Assembly (NCBI GenBank): GCA_963663385.2
Contig: CAXXXD010000003.1
Span: forward strand, 999,471 to 1,023,470
DNA: 24,000 nt
Source: Oceanispirochaeta sp.
GTDB lineage: Bacteria; Spirochaetota; Spirochaetia; DSM-2461
Reading direction: 5' to 3'
The stretch's first letter is position 1; each line of letters begins with the position of its first letter. The notes under the pieces were generated by a model that was given only the letters and a program-made list of their open reading frames with translations, was not told the origin of the DNA and searched no databases. The translations under genes were made by a program, and so were the position numbers. Shown one piece after another: positions 1 through 8,154 of the stretch.

Positions 1-663
1 TTTAAAAAATATTTCAGGGTTTCACCTTCCCTATGGAGGAAAGAAAACGCTGACTATATACCGGATAGCAATCTGAATGAAATCAAAGGCAATTCTGATA
101 AAGAGAGAAGTGGTAGTTTATTCCATATTGAGTATGAAAAGGATATTCAGATATGGAGGACAGTTAATGAGAAGTTAGAAAAAACCGTAACAGTCAAGTC
201 AATACCGCCGCTTACTCTGGCCTACCTCCGTTATGTGGGACCCTATAAAGGTAATGATAGGTTATTTGAAGAATTATGGAACAAGCTGATGCGCTGGGCA
301 GGACCAAGAGGGTTTCTGGGATCAGAGGAAACCTGGTTTATGACTCTGTATCACAACTATCCGGATCTGACCGAAGATGACAAATTGCGTTTATCTGTCT
401 GTCTCTCTGTCCCGGAGGATACGGAAACGGGCCGCGGTATGGGAATAATGGTTTTTGACGGAGGGAAGTATGCCTGTTATGAATGCGTTCTGGGACCGGA
501 GGATTACCAGCATGCCTGGAACTGGCTGTATAGGGAATGGCTCCCTTATAGCGGTTTTCAGCCATCAGACGGAACGCCCGCAGAGATCTACCCCTCGGAT
601 CAAAAGTGTCTGCCTCCGGGGAAACAGAGAGTTATAATCTCCATTCCCGTGATTCCTTTATAA
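1..663 (+). CDS. AraC-family regulator C-terminal portion with GyrI-like effector-binding domain (5' end outside window)
   Basis: Frame 1 is open from base 1 (FKKYFRVSPSLWRKE..., like the end of an AraC-type HTH) and continues into tracked ORF 235..663. The distal part (LAYLRYVGPY ... AEIYPSD ... ISIPV) fits the GyrI-like small-molecule-binding pattern. Confidence 0.6.
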   Translation, partial: FKKYFRVSPSLWRKENADYIPDSNLNEIKGNSDKERSGSLFHIEYEKDIQIWRTVNEKLEKTVTVKSIPPLTLAYLRYVGPYKGNDRLFEELWNKLMRWAGPRGFLGSEETWFMTLYHNYPDLTEDDKLRLSVCLSVPEDTETGRGMGIMVFDGGKYACYECVLGPEDYQHAWNWLYREWLPYSGFQPSDGTPAEIYPSDQKCLPPGKQRVIISIPVIPL

Positions 664-677
664 AGAAGGTGATTTCA

Positions 678-1151
678 ATGGAATATAAATTGAAGACGAT
701 TGCAGAAGTGCTGCAGAAAGGTGGTTTATTTCAGATTGTCATGGATCCGGAATATCGGGACGGTCTGATCGAACTGGAAGGTTTTTCCTATATACAGGTT
801 CTCTGGTGGGCTCATCAAACCGATTCTGAAGAGATGAGGAAGCTTCTTATGTTTGAAAAACCTTATTGCAAAGGACCTGAAAAAGTGGGCGTATTTGCTA
901 CAAGATCTCCGGTCAGGCCGAATCCTGTTGCGGTAACGGCAGTCTCAGTCATCAGTATTGACCGGGATAGGGGTATAATAACTGTTCCGTACATTGATGC
1001 CGATCCGGGGACCCCGGTTCTGGATATCAAGCCCTATCATCCCTGTACCGAGAGAGTAAGGGAGGTTTCTGTGCCAGCATGGTGTAATCATTGGCCGGAA
1101 TGGCTGGAGGACAGTGCCGACTTCCCCTGGGAAGAGGAGTTTAATTTTTAG
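678..1151 (+). CDS. trmO: TsaA/TrmO-like (YaeB family) SAM-dependent tRNA methyltransferase
   Basis: ATG at 678 is preceded by GAAGGTGA; the tracked 606 start would overlap the upstream gene. Family motifs are present: YIQVLWWAH, GVFATRSPVRPNPV, DGTPVLDIKPY-like (PGTPVLDIKPYHP). Confidence 0.7.
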   Translation: MEYKLKTIAEVLQKGGLFQIVMDPEYRDGLIELEGFSYIQVLWWAHQTDSEEMRKLLMFEKPYCKGPEKVGVFATRSPVRPNPVAVTAVSVISIDRDRGIITVPYIDADPGTPVLDIKPYHPCTERVREVSVPAWCNHWPEWLEDSADFPWEEEFNF

Positions 1152-1222
1152 GTGAACTCTTGTTAAAAACCGGATGTTGGCATATGCTAATAACTCAAAA
1201 TAAATATGGACAGGAGTTCAAA

Positions 1223-1609
1223 ATGGCTAAATTATCAGCTGAAGTTCAGGAAGCAATGAAAAAGACAATGCCGACCTGCATTGCCACCGCCAGTTCAGAG
1301 GGTGTTCCCAATCTTGTATATGTTACGTATGTAAAAGCGGTGGGGGATGATACAATAGTTGTTGCGGATAATAAATTTGATAAAACCCGGAATAACCTGG
1401 ATTCCAATCCCTGGCTGACAGTTACCGTACTGGATCCCGATACGAAAAAGGCGTATCAGATCAAGGGAAAAACCGAATGCTTTACCGAGGGCGACAAGTA
1501 TACGGAGGTTGTAGACTGGGTGCATGTCAATCATCCCCAGATGACTCCGAAAGCAGCCTTCTATATGAGTGTTGATGAGGTTTACTGCGGAGCTGAACGG
1601 CTTGCATAA
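1223..1609 (+). CDS. Pyridoxamine 5'-phosphate oxidase family (FMN-binding split-barrel) protein
   Basis: ATG 1223 follows GGACAGGAG. The sequence (ATASSEGVPNLVYVTYVK..., DNKFDKTRNNLDSNPWLTV) resembles small PNPOx-like flavoproteins. Confidence 0.55.
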   Translation: MAKLSAEVQEAMKKTMPTCIATASSEGVPNLVYVTYVKAVGDDTIVVADNKFDKTRNNLDSNPWLTVTVLDPDTKKAYQIKGKTECFTEGDKYTEVVDWVHVNHPQMTPKAAFYMSVDEVYCGAERLA

Positions 1610-1630
1610 CCCGCCACTTTTCCGGTTAAT

Positions 1631-1668
1631 ATAAAGCCGGCCATCATGGTTGGCTTTATATTATGGGA
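1631..1668 (+). terminator. Intrinsic terminator after the PNPOx-like gene
   Basis: ATAAAGCCGGCCAT (1631-1644) pairs with ATGGTTGGCTTTAT (1646-1659), including two G-U pairs. The GC core is followed by TTTATATTAT. Confidence 0.5.
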
Positions 1669-1686
1669 CGGAAGAGGGGAGTACCA

Positions 1687-2865
1687 ATGAGTAAGTATAA
1701 TTTCAGCAGTGTTATTGACAGGGCGGGAACTTCGGACTGTAAAACCAGTGAAGAAATGATAAAAAACCTGTTTGATCTGAATTATTACGACGATACCATT
1801 TCCATGTGGGTTGCGGATATGGACTATTCCTGTCCTCCCCTGGTTCTGGATGCCCTGAAAGAGAGAGTCGACAGGTTGATTCTCGGGTATACCATGGAAA
1901 GCGATGCCTATTATAACAGTATTATCGACTGGTATAAAAGAAGGCATCAGATGGTGATCAAAAAAGAGTGGCTTCTCTACAGTAATGGTACAGTGACGGC
2001 CATCAGGAACTGTCTGAGGGCTTTTACCGAGGCCGGAGACGGGATCATCATTCAGCCGCCTGTCTACTATCCCTTCGAAAATCAGATAAATGAAACAAAG
2101 CGAAGGGTTGTCAGAAATAACCTTCTTGTTGATGAAAACAACAATAACTCCATAGACTTTGAAGGCTTTGAAGCACAGTGCAGAGATCCCCGGAACCGGA
2201 TGTTCATATACTGTAACCCCCATAATCCGGTCGGGACTGTCTGGAGCAGGGAAGATACGCAAAGGCTTCTGAAGATCTGTAACGACAATGATGTTCTGTT
2301 TTTTGCCGACGAGATTCACTGCGATCTTATCCGGGAAAACAGTCTATTCACATCTGCCCTGAATCTGGAATCCAATGACAAATTAATCGTAGCAACAGCT
2401 GTAAACAAAACGTTTAATGTCGCCGGGCTTCATATAACGAATCTGGTAATCCGAAACGAAAATCTCAGAAATACCCTTATTGAGTATACAGGTCATATTT
2501 CCATCTCTCCCTTTGCTCTGGAAACAACCATAACCGCATACAATGAGTGCGAGGACTGGCTGGTTCATCTGAACCGGGCCATAGATGAAAACCTTAACTA
2601 TATGGACGCTTTTATCAAAAAGTATCTGCCTGAAGTGAAGTTTAATAAACCGGCCGGGACCTATCTGGCCTGGCTGGATTTCAGTGCCTACGGTATGACG
2701 GAAGGTGAGATCCTGGCGGTTATGGCGGATAAGGCCCATATCATTGTAGAGGGCGGATCCATATTCGGCGGCAGTGGAGACGGGTTTGTCAGGATGAATG
2801 TATCCTGTCCGAAGGATGTTCTGATGGAGGCCCTGGACAGGATCCGAACAGTCTTCGGCAGTTAG
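1687..2865 (+). CDS. MalY/PatB-type PLP-dependent C-S lyase (cystathionine beta-lyase-like aminotransferase fold)
   Basis: ATG 1687 follows AGAGGGGAG. Class I/II aminotransferase pattern with the PLP-lysine context NKTFNVAGL, and a MalY/PatB-like N-terminus (DRAGTSDCKTSEE..., WVADMDYSCPP). Confidence 0.8.
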   Translation: MSKYNFSSVIDRAGTSDCKTSEEMIKNLFDLNYYDDTISMWVADMDYSCPPLVLDALKERVDRLILGYTMESDAYYNSIIDWYKRRHQMVIKKEWLLYSNGTVTAIRNCLRAFTEAGDGIIIQPPVYYPFENQINETKRRVVRNNLLVDENNNNSIDFEGFEAQCRDPRNRMFIYCNPHNPVGTVWSREDTQRLLKICNDNDVLFFADEIHCDLIRENSLFTSALNLESNDKLIVATAVNKTFNVAGLHITNLVIRNENLRNTLIEYTGHISISPFALETTITAYNECEDWLVHLNRAIDENLNYMDAFIKKYLPEVKFNKPAGTYLAWLDFSAYGMTEGEILAVMADKAHIIVEGGSIFGGSGDGFVRMNVSCPKDVLMEALDRIRTVFGS

Positions 2866-3159
2866 ATAAGCGGGTAACATATATCCGGAGAAAGGGTGTT
2901 TCACCTCCTGGTACAACCGGAAAAAACAGCCCTCTTGTCTTACAAGTATTCCTTAAGATTGAACCGGTCAGGTATAGTGTGATACGTTCTATCCCGGATG
3001 AAGTTTCAGCGTTTGAACGCCGGCGGAAGAGAATCAGGGAAGAATCGCTTTTTCGCGCTCCGAACTTCTTGCAGTCTATCTGCATACCCTGATATCAATC
3101 TGTTGAGGATTCTATCAGGAGTGGTGTTTTCTTCGACAGGATATTTTCGAGGAGGATCC

Positions 3160-5937
3160 ATGATCTCAAAAAACAAATCAGCATTACTATTTTTATTATT
3201 AAGTCTCATTGCTTCTCTCAGCGCCCAGTACGCTCCGGGAGTTGACTGGAAAACTGTCGATACGGAACATTTTCAAATTATATTCCCTGAGGAAATCTCA
3301 GAGCAGGCACTGGTCCTGGCTGGAAAAATTGATCTGATATACGAAGCGGAATCGATGGATTTCGCCGATGTACGGATGTCGAAATGGCCTATAGTTTTAA
3401 CCCATTCCAGCATGGAAGCCAATGGTTATGTTGCCTTGTCTCCCAGGAGGAGTATCTGGTACAGCTCACCGATTGCTGAAGAATGTACGGCGCTGGAATG
3501 GTATGACCTTCTGGGGCTTCATGAAACCAGGCATATGGTACAGTACGATCGCCTGAACAGCCGCCTGATTCATCTGCTGTATCTTCTTTCGGGGCAGAAC
3601 GGGATTAACCTTGGAATTGCTTTCGGAGTACCCGACTGGTACTTTGAAGGGGATGCGGTGGCAACGGAAACCCTCTACTCCGAGTCGGGGAGAGGACGGG
3701 ATCCCCTTTTTTATCGGGGAATGCGGGATGTCGTGACAAATCAGGATTTCAGCTATTCAAAAATGGTGAACGGTTCCTGCAGGGATTGGGTTCCCGATCA
3801 TTATGAGCTGGGGTATTTTTTAACATCCTATGTAAAGAATACCTATGGAGAGGACAGCTTTGACCGGATTTTGAAAGCGCCCACTCTTCTTCCGTTCCCT
3901 TCCTTCGGTATGTACCTTGGTTCAAAAAAAGTTACAGGTCTCTCCTGGTCTCGACTGTATGAAAAGATGGCGGAAGATCTTAAAACCCAATGGGAAGAAC
4001 AGGTTCAAAGGGTGAAATTGATAGATAATACAGCCCTGACTTCAGAGTCGAATGATCGGGTCGTGCAATGGGAACCTGTCTCGATTGAAAACAACCGGAT
4101 ACTGGCCAGGCGGATATCCCTCTCGGAACCGGCGGCACTGGTCCGTATTACAGAAGAGGGGATGGAAGATGTGATGCGGGTACCCGGATACGGCTCCATC
4201 ACCATCGGGGGGGATAAAGCAGCCTGGTCGGTTATAAGGCCTTCTCTGCATCACGCCGATCAGAGCTGGTCGGACATTGTTACGGTTAACCTTGAAACCG
4301 GAACCAGAAAAGACCTCACAAAAAAGAAGCGCTTTATGATGCCCTCCTATAACCATACGGGAGATGCCATAGCCGTTGTCGAATGGAGCAGGGAGAGAAC
4401 AGGATCAATTGTTCTGCTTGATGATACAACCGGGCAGGAGACAGGCCGTTTTCCTGTTGATAAAGATCTCTTCCCGGCTAATCCCGCCTGGTCGGATGAT
4501 GACAGGACTCTCTATTTTACAGTTCAGGGACATGAAGGCAGGGCGATCGCCGGTATACCGCTGGATACGGGAAAAATGTTTCTTCTGACAGATTTCTCCA
4601 TGGAAAAAATCAAGAACATCCATGTCTGGGAGCAGTACATCCTGTACAGTTCGGATTTGAGCGGTCTGGAGAATGTTATGGCAGTTGATACGGTTACGGG
4701 AAAGAAATATCAGGTGTCATCCCGTCTGAATGGTGTGGTAAAACCCATGGCGGGGAGATTCGGGGATAAAGAGATCCTTTTATACGGTGAATTTGCAGCG
4801 GGGAGCAGCAGGAATCTTGCTGTACAGGATCTGGATGAGTCCGCCTGGATTCCGGAAGAGGATATAGAAACCCTCTCATTTGTCTACTACGGAGAGGATA
4901 ATGTAACTAAGGGATCTGCCGAATGGAATCTGGAACGGTTTAGGGAAGAAGCCGGAAATTACAGCCTGGATGATATCAGGGATTATTCGCTGTTCAAGGG
5001 GGATTTCAATGTTCATTCCTGGGGCGTGGGCAGTGAGACTTCCGATACCGAAATTTCCCTTCAGGTTGAATCTGCTGATCTGATGGGTACCATGAACTGG
5101 ACACTGGGAGGGGCTTACAATACAAATGAAAAATCTTCCGGTGCTTTTTTAAATCTGGAATGGAAGCAGTTTTATCCTGAATTCTCCTTCGAAAACGAGT
5201 ACTGGTACCGGGAAATAGACAGTATTGACAGTCACGATCTATCTTCTACCGTTTCAGTATCTTTTCCTCTGAATGTAAGCAGGGGGTTCTGGATAAATGA
5301 AATTAACCCTTCCGCAGGACTGGGAATAGATGCGGTTGTGAATCCTGATAACACGGGTGATCCCGATATGGATATACCGGTTCATTACGGCCTGGAATGG
5401 TCTGCCTATCTGCCGGGGAGCTATCAGAGCCTGCTGCCCCTATGGGGCGCCGGCCAGACCTTCTATTTTGAACACAATCCGCAACAGGATCAGGACCATT
5501 TCTTTTCCGGTTCCTCCACCTTCTACATGCCCGGAGGATTAAGGAACACCGGTCTCTCCCTGAGCGCTGCCTATGAGAATCAGACAGGGGGGTATTCCAG
5601 CCGCGTGCTGTTTTCGCGAGGATATGAAGCTGCCGAAAAGGAGCAGCTGTATCAGTTCCGGGGAAATTATGCTTTTCCCATTGCCTACCCCGATGCAGCG
5701 GTCGGCTCCTACTTTTATTTTAAAAGGTTGAGGGGCAAACTGTTCTATGATTACACAGCCCTGTATGATAAATGGTCCGATCAGAGCAGCTACCAGTCTG
5801 TGGGGGCTGAGCTGAGTCTGGACTTTACCGCTTTGAATATGAAAAACCTCCCCCTGAGTATGGGGCTCCGCTTTTCATGGCTGATTGAAGAGGAAAAACC
5901 GCAGATAGAGTTTCTGTTAATGGATGTGGCTCTGTAG
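3160..5937 (+). CDS. Large secreted/outer-membrane protein: HExxH-containing N-domain, TolB/PD40-like beta-propeller, barrel-like C-terminal region
   Basis: ATG 3160 follows GAGGAGGA and opens a signal peptide (MISKNKSALLFLLLSLIASLSAQ). HETRH lies at 3520-3534. PD40-like segments are present (NPAWSDDDRTLYFT). The C-terminal ~330 aa show alternating aromatic/Gly beta-strand texture. Confidence 0.75.
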   Translation: MISKNKSALLFLLLSLIASLSAQYAPGVDWKTVDTEHFQIIFPEEISEQALVLAGKIDLIYEAESMDFADVRMSKWPIVLTHSSMEANGYVALSPRRSIWYSSPIAEECTALEWYDLLGLHETRHMVQYDRLNSRLIHLLYLLSGQNGINLGIAFGVPDWYFEGDAVATETLYSESGRGRDPLFYRGMRDVVTNQDFSYSKMVNGSCRDWVPDHYELGYFLTSYVKNTYGEDSFDRILKAPTLLPFPSFGMYLGSKKVTGLSWSRLYEKMAEDLKTQWEEQVQRVKLIDNTALTSESNDRVVQWEPVSIENNRILARRISLSEPAALVRITEEGMEDVMRVPGYGSITIGGDKAAWSVIRPSLHHADQSWSDIVTVNLETGTRKDLTKKKRFMMPSYNHTGDAIAVVEWSRERTGSIVLLDDTTGQETGRFPVDKDLFPANPAWSDDDRTLYFTVQGHEGRAIAGIPLDTGKMFLLTDFSMEKIKNIHVWEQYILYSSDLSGLENVMAVDTVTGKKYQVSSRLNGVVKPMAGRFGDKEILLYGEFAAGSSRNLAVQDLDESAWIPEEDIETLSFVYYGEDNVTKGSAEWNLERFREEAGNYSLDDIRDYSLFKGDFNVHSWGVGSETSDTEISLQVESADLMGTMNWTLGGAYNTNEKSSGAFLNLEWKQFYPEFSFENEYWYREIDSIDSHDLSSTVSVSFPLNVSRGFWINEINPSAGLGIDAVVNPDNTGDPDMDIPVHYGLEWSAYLPGSYQSLLPLWGAGQTFYFEHNPQQDQDHFFSGSSTFYMPGGLRNTGLSLSAAYENQTGGYSSRVLFSRGYEAAEKEQLYQFRGNYAFPIAYPDAAVGSYFYFKRLRGKLFYDYTALYDKWSDQSSYQSVGAELSLDFTALNMKNLPLSMGLRFSWLIEEEKPQIEFLLMDVAL

Positions 5938-5947
5938 AGTCAAAATA

Positions 5948-5975
5948 CAGGAAGGGATTCAGAGATGCCTTCCTG
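5948..5975 (+). terminator. Hairpin downstream of the large OM protein gene (weak terminator candidate)
   Basis: CAGGAAGG (5948-5955) pairs with CCTTCCTG (5968-5975) around a 12-nt loop. Only a poor T tract (GCTTT) follows. Confidence 0.3.
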
Positions 5976-5986
5976 GCTTTCCGAAC

Positions 5987-6004
5987 CCCGAGCGTAGTCG
6001 AGGG
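5987..6004. repeat. 18-nt motif CCCGAGCGTAGTCGAGGG, copy 1
   Basis: Exact 18/18 match to 6444-6461. Confidence 0.8.
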
Positions 6005-6010
6005 GGGAAT

Positions 6011-6088
6011 CCATATCCTAATTCGACATCCCAGTCGAATTGTGCTCATCGATTCGCGCCGGATATTCCGCTTCGACTCCCGCAAGAC
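6011..6088. repeat. 78-nt direct repeat, copy A
   Basis: 75/78 identical to 6215-6292. Contains a perfect hairpin AATTCGAC(6020-6027)/GTCGAATT(6034-6041) and ends in TTCGACTCCCGCAAGAC. Confidence 0.9.
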
Positions 6089-6176
6089 AGTTGTTTAAAT
6101 AATAAAATAATTCGCTCACACCCTTTGGGAGAGGAGGGGGAAGATAGGTTGTTTTTCGGGAACGGGGAATCCCTTC

Positions 6177-6203
6177 AAGGAGTTGGCATCCTGCCAACTC
6201 CTT
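6177..6203. repeat. Perfect 12-bp hairpin (inverted repeat)
   Basis: AAGGAGTTGGCA-tcc-TGCCAACTCCTT, with no T tract on either side. Confidence 0.7.
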
Positions 6204-6214
6204 CCAGGCCGGCT

Positions 6215-6292
6215 CCATATCCTAATTCGACATCCCTGTCGAATTGCGCTCATCGATTCGCGCCGGATATTCCGCTTCGATTCCCGCAAGAC
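6215..6292. repeat. 78-nt direct repeat, copy B
   Basis: 75/78 identical to 6011-6088 (mismatches a/t, t/c, c/t). Same internal hairpin. Ends in TTCGATTCCCGCAAGAC(G), identical to the 3' end of the adjacent tRNA-Gly but on the opposite strand. Confidence 0.9.
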
Positions 6293-6302
6293 GGATTTGG
6301 GT

Positions 6303-6337
6303 AAAAAAAAAGCTTAAACTGAAATAGTTTAAGCTTT
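6303..6337 (-). terminator. Intrinsic terminator of the tRNA-Gly transcription unit
   Basis: Perfect 12-bp stem AAAGCTTAAACT/AGTTTAAGCTTT (loop gaaat). On the minus strand it is followed by a T8-9 run (A run 6303-6311 on +). Confidence 0.75.
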
Positions 6338-6345
6338 CATAGTAG

Positions 6346-6417
<72 letters not shown>

Positions 6418-6443
6418 AAATAATAAATATAATATATCGCTTC

Positions 6444-6461
6444 CCGAGCGTAGTCGAGGGA
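6444..6461. repeat. 18-nt motif CCCGAGCGTAGTCGAGGG, copy 2 (in the tRNA-tRNA spacer)
   Basis: Exact 18/18 match to 5987-6004. Confidence 0.8.
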
Positions 6462-6474
6462 CGAAATTGTTAAA

Positions 6475-6546
<72 letters not shown>

Positions 6547-6576
6547 TTTGCTATTTTTGCCCTTAGGCATGGAGGA

Positions 6577-6606
6577 ATATAGCAAAAAAGCGGAATAGGC
6601 GTCAAT
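6577..6606 (-). promoter_or_regulatory. Sigma-70-like promoter for the tRNA-Gly pair
   Basis: The minus strand reads TTGACG-(18 nt)-TATATT, ending about 30 nt upstream of the first tRNA 5' end. Confidence 0.45.
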
Positions 6607-6720
6607 ACTTTTTTAAAAATAATTTTCAGGTTTTTTAAATCGATAAAAATCATGAAAAAATGCATGGATTTCCCATGTCAGACCTCTTTACATAAGTAAG
6701 GGTTTTTGACAGTATTCTGT

Positions 6721-8154
6721 ATGGAAAACAGAAGTATATATCGCAACATTTCCCCTCTGGATCATCGTTATTATCAATCCAATAAAGAGCTGTTCGAAAA
6801 ATTGTCGGACAGATTAAGTGAAGAAGCGTCAGTTGCCTACTGTGTCAAGGCTGAAATGGCTCTCCTCAAAACTCATATCAAGCTACAGAATCTGGGGGAC
6901 GATGCTTTAATTGCCTCTCTGGATAAAGTGGAAAAGTCCATTACTCCCGAAGAAGTTTATATCGAAGAAGAGAAAACCCAGCACAATATCCGTGCCCTTG
7001 TTAATGTCATTAATAGGAAAGTTTCAGAGAAACTGAAACCCTGGGTTCATATGGGCGCAACATCCGTTGATATTCTTGATACGGCCAATGCCATGAGAAT
7101 GCGGGATGTTACCCGTGAAGTTATACTTCCTCTCCTTATGGAGCTGGAAGAAGAGCTGATCCGTATGGCAGATCAGGAAGCGGAAACCCCGCAGGTAGGG
7201 CGGACGCATGGCCAGCATGCTGTTCCTGTTACCCTGGGATTCACACTGGCCGAATATGTTTCCCGGCTGGGACAGTCAATTGAAGAGCTGGAAAGGCTTT
7301 CAGCCGATCAGAGAGGAAAACTGGCCGGTGCTGTCGGCGGGTATAATGCCACAAGCATGATTACTTCGGATCCGCTGGCAATGGAAGAGATGTATCTGAA
7401 TTATCTGGGACTGAAACCCTCCGAGTATTCCACACAGATGGTGGAACCGGAATACCTTTTACGGCTTCTTCTGGAATACAATACTGCCTTTGGGGTTGTT
7501 GCCAATCTGGCTGATGATCTGAGACACCTTCAGAGATCTGAAATAGATGAAGTAAGGGAGTTCTTCTCTGCCACCCAGGTTGGTTCCTCAACCATGCCTC
7601 AAAAGAGAAACCCCTGGAACTGCGAGCATGTAAAGAGTCTGTGGAAAGCTTTTGCTCCCAGAGTAATGACATTTTACATGGATCAGATATCCGAACATCA
7701 GAGAGACCTTTCCAATTCGGCTTCCGCCCGGTTCCAGGCAGACTTTATCGCCGGATTTGCGGCGGCGGCAGCCCGCATGAAGAAGATAGTAGCCGGCCTT
7801 GCAGTTAATAAAGAACAGCTTCGAAAAAATTTGACAGCCGGCGGAGATTTCGTCCTGGCAGAACCGACCTACATCCTCCTGGCAATGTCCGGGGTTAACG
7901 ACTCCCATGAAATTGTCAGAAAAATCACCCTTTCCTGTGAAAAATCGGGAAGAACCATTAAAGAGGTGCTTCAGGAAGAGCAGAAAGAGAGCTGGGAGAG
8001 AATCTCCTCCCAGCTTAAAGAGGTCACTGGACTGGATGCGGAAGACTTTTACTCGGATCCTTCTCTCTATCGAGGCAAAACCGCAGAAAAGGCAAGAACC
8101 CTTTGCCAAAAATATACCGAATCCATCACAGCAATAAGGAGTAAACTGGCATGA
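6721..8154 (+). CDS. purB: Adenylosuccinate lyase
   Basis: N-terminal ISPLDHRY (PurB SP(L/V)DGRY-like) and the fumarate-lyase signature GSSTMPQKRNP. ATG 6721 is preferred over the tracked TTG 6706. Confidence 0.93.
   Translation: MENRSIYRNISPLDHRYYQSNKELFEKLSDRLSEEASVAYCVKAEMALLKTHIKLQNLGDDALIASLDKVEKSITPEEVYIEEEKTQHNIRALVNVINRKVSEKLKPWVHMGATSVDILDTANAMRMRDVTREVILPLLMELEEELIRMADQEAETPQVGRTHGQHAVPVTLGFTLAEYVSRLGQSIEELERLSADQRGKLAGAVGGYNATSMITSDPLAMEEMYLNYLGLKPSEYSTQMVEPEYLLRLLLEYNTAFGVVANLADDLRHLQRSEIDEVREFFSATQVGSSTMPQKRNPWNCEHVKSLWKAFAPRVMTFYMDQISEHQRDLSNSASARFQADFIAGFAAAAARMKKIVAGLAVNKEQLRKNLTAGGDFVLAEPTYILLAMSGVNDSHEIVRKITLSCEKSGRTIKEVLQEEQKESWERISSQLKEVTGLDAEDFYSDPSLYRGKTAEKARTLCQKYTESITAIRSKLA

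Noticed and set aside
1582-2916. Minus-strand ORFs 1582-2319 (245 aa) and 2383-2916 (177 aa)
   Set aside because: They are antisense shadows of the MalY/PatB-like gene, with no motifs and no start context.
2998-3159. Upstream extension of the large ORF (tracked start 2998)
   Set aside because: The extension lacks an RBS and encodes Arg/Ser-rich non-signal sequence. ATG 3160 has GAGGAGGA upstream and opens a canonical signal peptide.
5924-6304. 126-aa ORF (with antisense ORFs 5825-6085 and 6018-6218) that reads through both 78-nt repeats, giving a duplicated peptide PYPNSTS(Q/L)SNCAHRFAPDIPLR(L/F)PQD
   Set aside because: It starts inside the end of the large OM protein gene, has no RBS, and is built from hairpin-rich repeat DNA. 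Two of the three repeat differences are non-synonymous. A DNA/RNA-level element explains it better, although a tiny repeat protein cannot be strictly excluded.
6547-6720. Purine, ZTP or other riboswitch in the purB leader
   Set aside because: I could not find the conserved purine-riboswitch or pfl/ZTP core sequences by eye. Only a loose 7-bp inverted repeat (TTGCTAT...ATAGCAA) overlaps the tRNA promoter. An Infernal scan is needed to be sure.
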